From positions 182,937 through 246,936 of the forward strand of contig CAYJVR010000002.1 of assembly GCA_964373715.1 (NCBI GenBank): 64,000 nt of DNA, written 5' to 3'. Of this stretch, positions 43,501-50,732 are shown piece after piece. The DNA comes from an uncultured Planctomycetia bacterium. Lineage in GTDB: Bacteria; Omnitrophota; Gorgyraeia; 1-14-0-20-64-10. Under the pieces are notes generated by a model. That model saw only the letters and a program-made list of their open reading frames with translations, did not search any database and had not been told where the DNA came from. The position numbers and the translations under genes are program-made. Each line of letters opens with the position of its first letter. The stretch's first letter is position 1.

Positions 43501-45306
43501 GTGCCGCGCAGTTCCGGCAGCGGGCCAATTGCGGGAATCGGATTAAAAACCGCTCTCCAAGGGGTTCGGTACCATCATCAATATGGAATGACAATCGATC
43601 CGGCCACTTATCAGCTTTTCCGACGGGTTGCGGAGCGAGGACAGTCTGAGCCACCGTCCCGTATCCGGAGGATTTGGTGGACGGTCAAGGGAACGATCCG
43701 CGAACTCGGCAGGGCTGTCGCTCATCCGTCTCTTGCGGGGGCCCATCTGCGTTCCGCTCGCCGGTTGGCCGCTCGTATGCTTTGGGATTCTTGGATGCAC
43801 GATGCCCCCGGCCGATGGTTGGAAAAAGTGCTCGAATCGGTTCCCGATCCGGTACCGGTGTTGCGGGAATTGGCCGAGCTGGGTTTGCTGGACGTATTGC
43901 GGATTTCCGGTGCGGATGTGGACGGGATCATTGACCGTCGAATGGGCGGTCCGCCGGCCTCAGCCGGGTTGGAGGAGTTGACCGTGGAAAAGGTGGATCA
44001 GTGGATTCATCTCCTCGAACAGGGGTGGCCGGATCAGCGATGGATCACTTTAGGGAATGCCGGGTGGGCTCTCTTCCTGCGTTCCGCCCCGCCGGAGGCG
44101 ATGGTCCTGCGGGCCGACCGGTTGGTTTCTGCGGTCGTCTCCAATCTGGCCCCGCCCAAGCAATCCTGGGGGTCTTTTCTCTTCGCAGAACAGAGGGATG
44201 TCCGGGAGGACGCGCAGAAGTTGGTGAATACCTTTCTGCGAGTTCCCCGGTTTCGCAAGGCGCTTGCTGCCGACCCGGATCGGGTGGTTTCCCATACGCT
44301 CCGTAATTTTGTTTTACGCAAAGGTTTTCTGGGATTCAACGCCGCGGGGTCGATTCGTCTCATGGTTGGTTTGGAGCCTTTTCAGGAATCGTTGGCCGGC
44401 CGGATCCCCTCCTTGGTTGACCTTCTAGAGGGGGCCGATCCGGTCATCGCTTTAAGGGCCCGTGAGATCCTGATCGATTTTTTGGAACAACCCGGTTTCC
44501 GCCCGTTTCTGGCGGATGAGGTCTCGACGCTGGTGTGGTTCCTCCGGAAAGGGAATCTCTCGGCCGGCGTTCATTCGGGAGAAATCCTGAAGGCCATGGC
44601 TTCCATCGAGACTTTCCGCCCGGCGCTGGCTCGCGAGGCCCCTTCGCTCAGGGAGCTGACGGAAAGCGAAGGCGAGTACCTTTCGCCACGCGCTTACGCG
44701 AGGGATATCCTGGAACTGCTGGGCCCGACGGGGATCTGGTTTGGGAACGGCATCCAGGTGCTCGATCGACGGCCGGTTTTGCCGAGCGGCAGCATCCGTT
44801 TTGGATTCTCCGCCGGTTTGGAAGAGTTGGGGTCCCTCCGCCAGCGGATGCCGGAGTGGCTGCGGGGGATTATCTCCCCGGACCGTCTGCCGGACCTGGT
44901 CCGCGGGGTGCATGAGATCTCCAATGCCTCTGACAAGGTGGCCGTGCTGATCCATCCGGGGCTCTTTCCGGCCGATGCCGACCCGTTTGATCTCGAGGTG
45001 AACCTGGTCGGGCTTTCGGGCAATGTGCGGGCTTCTTTGGGCCTGCGTGAAGGGACTGACCTGAGAATTGGTCTTTTGACCGAAGAGAACTTGAAAACCT
45101 ACAACGGGTACCGGATCGTCCAGGTGTTGAGGGATCCGGCCGCCGCGCACCGGGAAGCGCTGCCTCTGGAGGCGGTCCCTCTCGTGGTGGCCGAGGCTCT
45201 CTCTGTGCGGGGAAACACCTTCTGGGTGGATGTGACCCCCTATCTCGCGGTGAGTGAGTTGACGATGCCGGAGGTTCTCTCCACGCTCACCGATCTCTTC
45301 GCGTGA
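37543..45306 (+). CDS. Giant (2587 aa) multi-domain protein: N-terminal hydrophobic leader, about 1450 aa of unassigned sequence, a calcineurin-like (PPP-family) metallophosphoesterase domain, a poly(A)-polymerase/CCA-type nucleotidyltransferase head domain, and about 600 aa of unassigned C-terminus
   Basis: Uninterrupted 7.76-kb ORF with an AT-rich promoter region upstream and a terminator hairpin downstream. PPP motifs at about 42040..42260: VIGDNHGD (GDxHG), VFVGDYGDVG (GDxxDRG-like) and LLAGNHD (GNHE-like). NTase head at about 43084..43150: VVIGGMLRDTLLGYEPGDVDFAV, which matches the GGxxRDxxLGxxxxDxD pattern of PcnB and CCA-adding enzymes. Six [S/A]GLEE motifs lie at predicted domain boundaries. 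Confidence 0.7.
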   Translation: MLKKKASSRAIFFARLLSSFLIVELAVGGTPAHALRPINAPESGTALDLQGALRTGLPDLSPLNAGLEEVPPGWYSQAVFYSMEMDRFVDGLTPDALTRDEMEVVRGFLENRETALLEGVSQIMSDKNSAIHFVPEMTESEILREYQNDPDRRQQTPYYWGTARVPFVDLKKMVGTFNLPKDFPDQFKDLVYRALRRRHPLGKSPLYGGVRGGALGARIVMMHQAPDQFALSVREAIDEARDRIKELYPEVFVGNMSVQGQAEVPRSQLFDQIIAKLRFYSSHVSITLPDPPESPSISLAFDGMMRVPLKDVPRTLERGEVEAIDEGRKPPYLNPDQLALLAEDPATAAELVQQYLDWDRYFSERRGKYSTAARYWLRQVALLRARGEENDRARAIASFFIERLMSDRWASLNARLPLSEVIYFPDIDPELTQAIRQVMPPEMLPAPEHPERILVIDDAFISVLIEGFRSMIKKSPTRSQQQMQSMRMLGRIFKIMLEGYRGTVPLANYHTARNPRLRHAIDRVYNLDRPEGTSSKRMMDAWEHLDQRRLLLDRAVREKSDQVQPLRDQMQVALDQFKEEYRRYRLDAYEAMMLAPRDPRVEEVVKLYWVDQYAEADRSGHIASLRGHLTGERDRLIARRDQIVAGTPATVELDSAIGRLNRLIGLLNPGAFIVKRPEGDEIAPVMRHSNGLFVMGLTERNKGWSHDQTYPPGPTDEIYSAITLRSLDDAVKKYSESGGDTRRAMVGALANTNAVILQVEPRDFPTYEKHLENGLVVRMESYAPPGLPAPTSLRSPRSRNWYRWLADRDAKGSPWQEDPARTGPAERHPDLRRFRDKLSVAAIYNEVLLSPDLLPEMFAQLELATDIQKKRPDLVSRVVEIHEIVKEPESVWDLPPDALAGLEELEAGFQRMETAGDVSGLEETPLQQKIFLRLRTQSRRISERLQGHPFPIKILLGPGQMPVYRAENDGLPMNRMTLWLFSRGVENLILREAGPEFQQEFSDAVREFGANQPFTMYDGQTVLTMASTDEVRQLVEGDARLNPQQRARVILLKEFIDRSRGLNPDAVVEAAVNFLFDDNYRNLLENVNHVRTNPGKNPRLAGGKPPVRSAGEIDSQRGVEIWLVKEGNDTMVAQVSVFLKDGTRSLFVVNVAKDLTDAGRILTEVVQVLDANYERHPGYSMETFQFGEGTAFVGTREQKIPLFTGEWLEGYEESHLFAVPEDSGQPARFHVWWGQNSRLSEPLSETESDSVWSALIEAQTVLSWIEGRGKNRRAILSQPNVNAGDMPVIKPGNGWKGVLIWDRRMVPPEKFDLGQMVLEGLLKQVVDSRGGQIRRIWWGKPEKAVEAIRRGFVEAARYQAEKAGKDQRRAMRQAQASLNRIFERVYEGTLQAWANDPSLYPGWSDFTASEKQRFSEIVAQARHVVGVVIGEEEPQSLEESGLEEGYAAKSDRLERLIPEVEQLMAAETKSGLLRRTIGEIRSDSYFVEGQIAYIPVRQGALYVIGDNHGDYKSLRKAIQRSGYDPEDPDRPHLVFVGDYGDVGKKSLDVVLQVLEMKLADPERITLLAGNHDRDRPTRGSEDVQKWIAAGNEPSRWFFWELEEKIGPQRGSALFDRLTRLARSLPMLVVTANGIAVTHASPPSALDPLYKPEEGLLGIAGNQKLLDRFAFNLIRYPDAEADEQNTTFHRMHPRLEMGHWIGRQGIDTFLNSIGATVLVRGHNRTGPVLPTHQGKVLTVITTDWRSNDGGYPKQDRGVARIAKFDLAASYAQIPSEVILSVWDAAGRLPRQSPSGLEEVSERVPFELGQLAERSRSDLPLIVDLQTLPPGLLRDFIEWLNQIEADDVVVIGGMLRDTLLGYEPGDVDFAVKVELPADLQQSWQEDVRRLTPIALNEKYKLQYRADKVLYQVAKKMQISPSRLLRLRERFQEQGLEFSFSAVVAGNFLIDFGRQATFTVNQIAMDRKGRVYLPESRRGFEDLFNRLIVVPRSSGSGPIAGIGLKTALQGVRYHHQYGMTIDPATYQLFRRVAERGQSEPPSRIRRIWWTVKGTIRELGRAVAHPSLAGAHLRSARRLAARMLWDSWMHDAPGRWLEKVLESVPDPVPVLRELAELGLLDVLRISGADVDGIIDRRMGGPPASAGLEELTVEKVDQWIHLLEQGWPDQRWITLGNAGWALFLRSAPPEAMVLRADRLVSAVVSNLAPPKQSWGSFLFAEQRDVREDAQKLVNTFLRVPRFRKALAADPDRVVSHTLRNFVLRKGFLGFNAAGSIRLMVGLEPFQESLAGRIPSLVDLLEGADPVIALRAREILIDFLEQPGFRPFLADEVSTLVWFLRKGNLSAGVHSGEILKAMASIETFRPALAREAPSLRELTESEGEYLSPRAYARDILELLGPTGIWFGNGIQVLDRRPVLPSGSIRFGFSAGLEELGSLRQRMPEWLRGIISPDRLPDLVRGVHEISNASDKVAVLIHPGLFPADADPFDLEVNLVGLSGNVRASLGLREGTDLRIGLLTEENLKTYNGYRIVQVLRDPAAAHREALPLEAVPLVVAEALSVRGNTFWVDVTPYLAVSELTMPEVLSTLTDLFA

Positions 45307-45314
45307 CCGTCAAT

Positions 45315-45337
45315 CGGCCAGACCGGCCGCTTTTTTT
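45315..45337 (+). terminator. Rho-independent terminator after the giant ORF
   Basis: cggcc-agacc-ggccg is a hairpin with a 5-bp GC stem. It is followed by cttttttt, 9 nt after the stop codon. Confidence 0.5.
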
Positions 45338-45374
45338 ATGCCTTTATATTTGTAGATTATGATAATTTAATGCT

Positions 45375-45734
45375 ATGAAGCTAAAATTCTTCCTCAGGGG
45401 CCGCTTGGACAGCCTATTTACCCGGCAGGAACAGCTGGCGCTGGGTTTTGTTTTAGCGGTTGGGTTTTTCGGTTTGCTGTTGGGCGCTTCGGAATCCCGC
45501 CGGCTGAAGGAGTTCCTGCCGCCGGAGAGAGCGGTCCGCCTCTCTGTGCGGGTGAATTCGGCTTTGGCGGAAGAGCTGGCGGCGCTGCCGGGAATCGGTC
45601 CTGTGCTGGCGGGCCGGATCGTTAAAGAGAGGCAGATCCGGGGGGCGTTCCTTACGCTGCGCGATCTGGCGAGGGTCAAAGGGATGTCGTCGAAGGTTCT
45701 CTCGAGGATCGAGGGGCTCGTTCGCTTCGATTGA
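45375..45734 (+). CDS. comEA: Competence protein ComEA (helix-hairpin-helix DNA-binding)
   Basis: N-terminal TM segment. The C-terminal VNSALAEELAALPGIGPVLAGRIVKERQIRGAFLTLRDLARVKGMSSKVLSRIEGL is the classic ComEA HhH signature. Confidence 0.75.
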   Translation: MKLKFFLRGRLDSLFTRQEQLALGFVLAVGFFGLLLGASESRRLKEFLPPERAVRLSVRVNSALAEELAALPGIGPVLAGRIVKERQIRGAFLTLRDLARVKGMSSKVLSRIEGLVRFD

Positions 45735-47179
45735 CCTCCATGCGGGCCCCTCTTGCGGCTGCGGCGGCCTCTTTCGCCGCGGGGATTCTCTGCGGTTGGT
45801 GGCTGCATCTTCCGTTGTTTGCAGTTCTGTTCTCTTCGGGGGTTGTCTTCTTGTTTGCCGTCCGGCCGGGGAGACGGCGCTCGCTGTTCCTGCTGATTCT
45901 TTTCACCTTGCTAGGGGCGGGCAGGGCTGCTCTCGATGAAGAGTTTTCCAGGAGTGCCGTCTTCCGGTTTTTGACCGAAGAGGCCAGGCCGGTGACATGC
46001 GAAGGGGTTATTGTCAGCGGTATTTCTTCCGGCCGTCCGGCGGGAAAATTTCTCAGCCGCCGCGGACGGCTGCGCATTATTTCTCTGTCGGGGCCGGCGG
46101 GGACCGTTCCTGTCTCGGGAGTCCTGCTCGTCCATCTGCCGGGAGTGGGCCCTCCCCTGGAGTATGGCGACCGGGTTCTTTTAACGGGGATGGTTCGCCG
46201 GCCACGCACTCTTTCCTCAAAAGGGTTTCGGGAGGCCGACTGGTTCTGGTCGGAGGGTCTTTCCGGCCTCTTGAATATTTCCGATCCTGCCGCTGTCCGC
46301 CGTCTCAGTACCGAGCCCGGGGTATGGGTCCGGTACTGCCGCCTGATCGGCGCCTGGCGGGCGGCACTCAAGGCTCGGGGGCGGCTTTTGATGGAAACCG
46401 GTGACGCGGTTTATCTGGAGGCTCTTTTGCTTGGCGAAGCGGGCGGAATCCCCAGGAGGGATTGGGATCTGTTCCGCGCCACCGGAACGGTCCATATCCT
46501 CGTGGTCAGCGGATTGCACGTCAGCCTTATCGCTTTTCTGATTTTGGTTCTCGCTTCTCTTTTTCGTGTTTCGCGCATGGTGAGGTTTCTTATGATGGTT
46601 TTCGGGTTGGTGGTCTACTGTACATTGACCGGCAGCGAGCCCTCCATTCTGCGCGCCACCCTCATGGGGCTGCTCACCTGTCTTGGGGCGATTTTTGGCT
46701 CCGGAGCGTTTGCTCTCAACGGGCTCGGGTTGTCAGGGTTTTTGATTCTGTGGGCCGATCCGAGGGCGTTGGCAAGCGTCAGCTTTCAGCTCTCTTTTTC
46801 GGCCGTGTTGGGTTTGTTGGTGATCGCCCCGTGGTTTGAAAAGAAGGCCTACGGTTTTCTCTTGGGGGAGGGGAAGCCGGGAGTTTTTTGGGAGGTTTTC
46901 TTAAAGGGATTGTCCGCTTCGGTGGCGGCGTGGGCCGCCACCGCGCCGTTGATTTTCTGGCATTTCAAAATGGTTTCTCCGGTCGCAGTTGCCGCCAATA
47001 TGGTTCTTGTCCCTTGGTCCACGGTGCTGATTTTTATCGGATGTGCAGTCTACCTTTTCGGCTCCGTAAGTTTAATCATTGCAGCCCCATTCGCAGCGGT
47101 GTTTTCATTAAATATTAAAAATTTTATTGTTTTAACGATTTTAATACAAAAGGTATTTAAGGCAGTTTTTGGTGTATAA
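45731..47179 (+). CDS. comEC: DNA internalisation competence protein ComEC/Rec2, membrane core only, lacking the C-terminal metallo-beta-lactamase domain
   Basis: DUF4131-like N-terminus plus the competence domain (...DWDLFRATGTVHILVVSGLHVSLIAFLIL...). It has multiple TM helices. The last ~25 codons lie in about 25%-GC DNA. Confidence 0.7.
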   Translation: MTSMRAPLAAAAASFAAGILCGWWLHLPLFAVLFSSGVVFLFAVRPGRRRSLFLLILFTLLGAGRAALDEEFSRSAVFRFLTEEARPVTCEGVIVSGISSGRPAGKFLSRRGRLRIISLSGPAGTVPVSGVLLVHLPGVGPPLEYGDRVLLTGMVRRPRTLSSKGFREADWFWSEGLSGLLNISDPAAVRRLSTEPGVWVRYCRLIGAWRAALKARGRLLMETGDAVYLEALLLGEAGGIPRRDWDLFRATGTVHILVVSGLHVSLIAFLILVLASLFRVSRMVRFLMMVFGLVVYCTLTGSEPSILRATLMGLLTCLGAIFGSGAFALNGLGLSGFLILWADPRALASVSFQLSFSAVLGLLVIAPWFEKKAYGFLLGEGKPGVFWEVFLKGLSASVAAWAATAPLIFWHFKMVSPVAVAANMVLVPWSTVLIFIGCAVYLFGSVSLIIAAPFAAVFSLNIKNFIVLTILIQKVFKAVFGV

Positions 47180-47405
47180 AATTATTAGTTTTAAAGTATT
47201 GATTTAATTAACTAAATATGGTATATATTTCTTTAGGAATAAAACCGGTCTCTAGAAAAGGACAATAATACCCTCCAATCTTGGTAGGGGATACCCCTTT
47301 GCGGGCTTGGAATATAAAAACCTTGTAATGAGTCCTATTCTGGAGTATAAAGGAGTGCAAGACACTCCGTGTGTTTTGCAGTCTACGGCAGAGTGAAAGG
47401 AGTAG

Positions 47406-47825
47406 ATGCTCGCGATGGGGGCCTCAGTAGGCACATCCAAGCCTCTCGTTGAGCGGCGCCGGTATAGGCGACTGAACTCCCATGCTCCAGTTCAATTCCG
47501 TAACGTTTTAAAACCTCAAGAGCTATTCGACGGAACCCTTTCCAAAGATATAAGCGCTGGCGGTCTTTGCATGACCACCGAAAATTTTATTTCCCCGGAA
47601 TCAAGGCTTGTTCTTCTGGTCTCCCTTCCCGGAACTTTAAAATCGATTCGGCTCATCTGTCAGGTGACCTGGACTCAGCAGCAGCGATTTGCCGATGGCT
47701 ATGAATGCGGGGTTGAGTTTATCGAAATCAACCCGGAGGACCGCCAGGAGATAGATTCTTTCGTCCAACGCGCTCGAGAGGTCTCTTCGGCCACCTACAC
47801 GCAGTCCAAGCGCCTGTCCGCGTAG
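47406..47825 (+). CDS. Stand-alone PilZ-domain c-di-GMP receptor
   Basis: RRRYRR (RxxxR) followed by DISAGG (DxSxxG), then a beta-barrel-type C-terminal region. AAAGGAG RBS. Confidence 0.6.
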   Translation: MLAMGASVGTSKPLVERRRYRRLNSHAPVQFRNVLKPQELFDGTLSKDISAGGLCMTTENFISPESRLVLLVSLPGTLKSIRLICQVTWTQQQRFADGYECGVEFIEINPEDRQEIDSFVQRAREVSSATYTQSKRLSA

Positions 47826-47924
47826 TTTTCTGTTTTATCCGCCGGCTCTCTCCAAGAATGGTTTACGATTTCTCCACCCTGTGGTATCGTGAATAAACCA
47901 ACCAAGACGTTTAGGTGAACTCCA

Positions 47925-48887
47925 ATGAAAATCCGGACTCTTATATCCTTCGTGCTTTTTACGGCACTCGTTGTTCCTGAAGCCAACGCAGCCTGGGTGT
48001 GGACGCCCCAGAGCCGCCGGTGGGTGAATCCGAAATATGCCGCTAAAGACAGCCCCCAAGCCCAGATGGAATGGGCTCAGGGATTTTTTGAGCAAAAGGA
48101 TTATCCTCGGGCGGCGAAAGAGTATCTGCGCCTTGTTCAGGCCTATTCGAGGTCGGAGTTGGCGCCTGAAGCCCAGTACCTGGCCGGGCTTTCGTACGAA
48201 TTGGCCGATAATCCGGAGGAAGCCTTCGGCGCCTACAAAAAACTGGTCGAAATCTATCCGTTCAGCAAGCGGTTTAAAGATGCGATTGAAAGGGAATTCT
48301 TCATCGCGGAGAGCCTGCGCGGCGGCAAGCGATTGAAGTTGGTCGGCCCGGTCAGCTTGCCGTCTCTCGATAAAGCGGTTGAAATCTACCAGCATATTTT
48401 GGAGCAGGCCCCTTACAGCGATTACGGCGATAAAGCGCAGTTCCAGCTGGGGGAATGTTATATCCTCCAGAAACGTTTTGAGGAAGCCAACCGCACTTTC
48501 CAGAGGATGCTGACCGATTATCCGGCCTCTGCGCTCGTGGATGAGGCCAAATACCGGGTCGCCTTCTGCGCCCGGCAGCTTTCCTTGAAGCCGAGCTACG
48601 ACCAGTCGGCGACCGATGAGGCGATTGAATGGTATGAAGAGTTCATCAAGAGCCATCCCGAAAGTTCCCTGCTTTCGCAGGCCCAGGAATCCCTCCGGCA
48701 GTTGAAGGGATTCAAGGCCCAGGGCCTGGCCAAAGTCGCGCAATTTTATGAGAAGCAGCATAAGCCGGCCAGCGCGGCGATCTATTACCGGCAGATTGTC
48801 GAGAATTATCCGGACAGTTCGGAGGCGGCCGAGGCCGCCGGCAGGCTTACCGAATTTGAGCGGGAAGGGATTGTTAAAAAGCAGTAG
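47925..48887 (+). CDS. Secreted TPR-repeat protein (BamD/YfiO-like family)
   Basis: Signal peptide MKIRTLISFVLFTALVVPEANA (a signal peptidase I site with no lipobox cysteine). The TPR-like repeats resemble those of the outer-membrane assembly factor. The missing Cys argues against a canonical BamD. Confidence 0.45.
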   Translation: MKIRTLISFVLFTALVVPEANAAWVWTPQSRRWVNPKYAAKDSPQAQMEWAQGFFEQKDYPRAAKEYLRLVQAYSRSELAPEAQYLAGLSYELADNPEEAFGAYKKLVEIYPFSKRFKDAIEREFFIAESLRGGKRLKLVGPVSLPSLDKAVEIYQHILEQAPYSDYGDKAQFQLGECYILQKRFEEANRTFQRMLTDYPASALVDEAKYRVAFCARQLSLKPSYDQSATDEAIEWYEEFIKSHPESSLLSQAQESLRQLKGFKAQGLAKVAQFYEKQHKPASAAIYYRQIVENYPDSSEAAEAAGRLTEFEREGIVKKQ

Positions 48888-48905
48888 TCTGTACTAAGGG
48901 GAAAG

Positions 48906-49475
48906 ATGAAACAGCGTCAGCAGCCCGGTTTTCTCTCCACAGGGTTACTCCTTGCCGCGTGCACGCTGTCCTTGCTGTCGGGCGGCTGCGGATACTCCGC
49001 CACCCGCCTTCTGCCGGCCGAATACCGGACGATTTACATTGAGCCTTTTGAGAACAAGATTGCCATCAACCGCGATGTCACGGGGCGGGAAGGGTTCCAG
49101 ACGAACCTCCCTTTGATTGAAGAGCAAGTGACCCGTTCGGTGATCGACCGTTTCTTTTTCGACGGGAACTTGCGGGTGACGAACAAGATGGAACAGGCGG
49201 ATCTCATCATGACCGGGACGTTAAGGGATTTCTTCCGCCAGCAGGTCCGCCGCACAGCCAATGACAGCACGACCGAGGAGTACAGGTTAAACCTTGTCGC
49301 CTCCCTATCGGTCCGCAAGCAGGATGGGAGCATTATTGTTGATGAGCCGAATCTTGTCGGGGACGCCACCTATTTCGTGACGGGCATTTCCGCCACCAGC
49401 GAAACGACGGCCGTCATCAACCTCATTGCTGATTTTTCCCGCCGGGTCGTGGAGCGGGTCGTTGAAAACTGGTAA
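48906..49475 (+). CDS. lptE: LPS-assembly lipoprotein LptE-like
   Basis: Lipobox LLSGG|C. 189 aa. It sits immediately upstream of holA, the conserved leuS-lptE-holA neighbourhood of didermic bacteria. Confidence 0.55.
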   Translation: MKQRQQPGFLSTGLLLAACTLSLLSGGCGYSATRLLPAEYRTIYIEPFENKIAINRDVTGREGFQTNLPLIEEQVTRSVIDRFFFDGNLRVTNKMEQADLIMTGTLRDFFRQQVRRTANDSTTEEYRLNLVASLSVRKQDGSIIVDEPNLVGDATYFVTGISATSETTAVINLIADFSRRVVERVVENW

Positions 49476-50409
49476 CCCGTCCTCTTCGCCTCCTCCGGTC
49501 CTGCTCTGCGCCGGTCCCGAGAAATGGCTCAAGGCCCAGGCGATCGAGCGCCTTAAATCCCTCTGTATTCTGCCCGGTTTCGAAGAGATGGATATGGCCA
49601 CCTTCGATCAGACGCAGGAGTATGACCAGGCCATCATGGAGGCCGTAAAGACGGCCCCATTCGGGTCTCCTTATCGGCTTGTCATCATCAGCGGCCTCGA
49701 TGAGGCAAGCATTGACTCATTGCCATGGCTCGTCCATTACCTGAATGGTCCGAATCCCAAAGCGAGCGTCGTCCTGTGCGCGGAAAAAATCTCCGAAGAG
49801 ATCCGTTCTTTAGCGCAGAAAAAACCGGACGTTGTCCATCTCCTCTGGTGCCACCCTTTGAAAGGGAGGGATCTCCGGGACTGGGTTGTGAACCAAGCCC
49901 GTCTGCTGGACAAGACCCTTGATTCCGCCGCCGCTCACCTGTTGATCGCCCGGTGCGGCGACCAGCTTCAGTCCCTCTTTCTGGCTGTCGAGGCTCTTTC
50001 GCTTTTGGTGGGTTCGGCCGCGAAGATTACAGAGGCCGATGTGGAGGCCATTATCTCTCCGTCGGTGCGGGAAACGGTTTTTGATATTCTGGACCGGGCG
50101 GCGGCCGGGCAGCCGCAGAAGGCGATAGAACTTCTCCATCAGGCGCTGGCGCAGGGACAATTGACCGTGGAACAGTTGATGGGGGCGCTAGGCTGGTATT
50201 ACCGGATGGTGTGGAAGAACAAGACAGGTATGGGATCCTCCTGGGGTTCTGCCGACAGGCAGACCGCCTTATCCCGGCTCAAACGCTGGCCGCAGCAGAA
50301 GCTGAAAGCCGCTTTAGACGAGGTGCTGGAGGCAGACACCCGCTTGAAGCTGGGCTATCCCTCTTCTGAACTGTTGGCGGATCAGCTCTTGCTGAAGTTG
50401 GGGGCTTGA
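49426..50409 (+). CDS. holA: DNA polymerase III delta subunit
   Basis: PVLLCAGPEKWLKAQAIERLK...YRLVIISGLDEA... has a delta-subunit N-terminal pattern and lies in the conserved position after lptE. The start is uncertain (the track start overlaps lptE by 50 nt). Confidence 0.65.
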   Translation: MLIFPAGSWSGSLKTGNPSSSPPPVLLCAGPEKWLKAQAIERLKSLCILPGFEEMDMATFDQTQEYDQAIMEAVKTAPFGSPYRLVIISGLDEASIDSLPWLVHYLNGPNPKASVVLCAEKISEEIRSLAQKKPDVVHLLWCHPLKGRDLRDWVVNQARLLDKTLDSAAAHLLIARCGDQLQSLFLAVEALSLLVGSAAKITEADVEAIISPSVRETVFDILDRAAAGQPQKAIELLHQALAQGQLTVEQLMGALGWYYRMVWKNKTGMGSSWGSADRQTALSRLKRWPQQKLKAALDEVLEADTRLKLGYPSSELLADQLLLKLGA

Positions 50410-50414
50410 GCGCT

Positions 50415-50681
50415 TTAAGACTGGACCTTGGCGAGGCGCAGGGCGAACCGGCTTTTCTTTCTCGAAGCGGTGTTTTTGTGGAGGATGCTTTTAGTGACAC
50501 CCTGGTCCAACCGCTTGACGAGAGACTGGTAAAGCTCTTTGGCCTCATTTGCCTGGTCCGGTTTGAGGGCGGCGAGGAACTGCTTAGTCAGAGTTTTGAG
50601 TCCAGACTTGAATTCCAGGTTCCGCAGGCGGAGTTTTTTGTCCGCCCGAACTCTTTTTACAGCTGAATGAATGTTCGGCAT
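50415..50681 (-). CDS. rpsT: 30S ribosomal protein S20
   Basis: MPNIHSAVKRVRADKKLRLRNLEFKSGLKTLTKQFLAAL...SILHKNTASRKKSRFALRLAKV matches the S20 family throughout. The internal ATG at 50681 is preferred over the track start. Confidence 0.8.
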   Translation of the reverse strand: MPNIHSAVKRVRADKKLRLRNLEFKSGLKTLTKQFLAALKPDQANEAKELYQSLVKRLDQGVTKSILHKNTASRKKSRFALRLAKVQS

Positions 50682-50732
50682 AGCGGTTGAAACTAGCATA
50701 ATCGGCGTCGGATTGTCAACCTTGTTTTCCCT

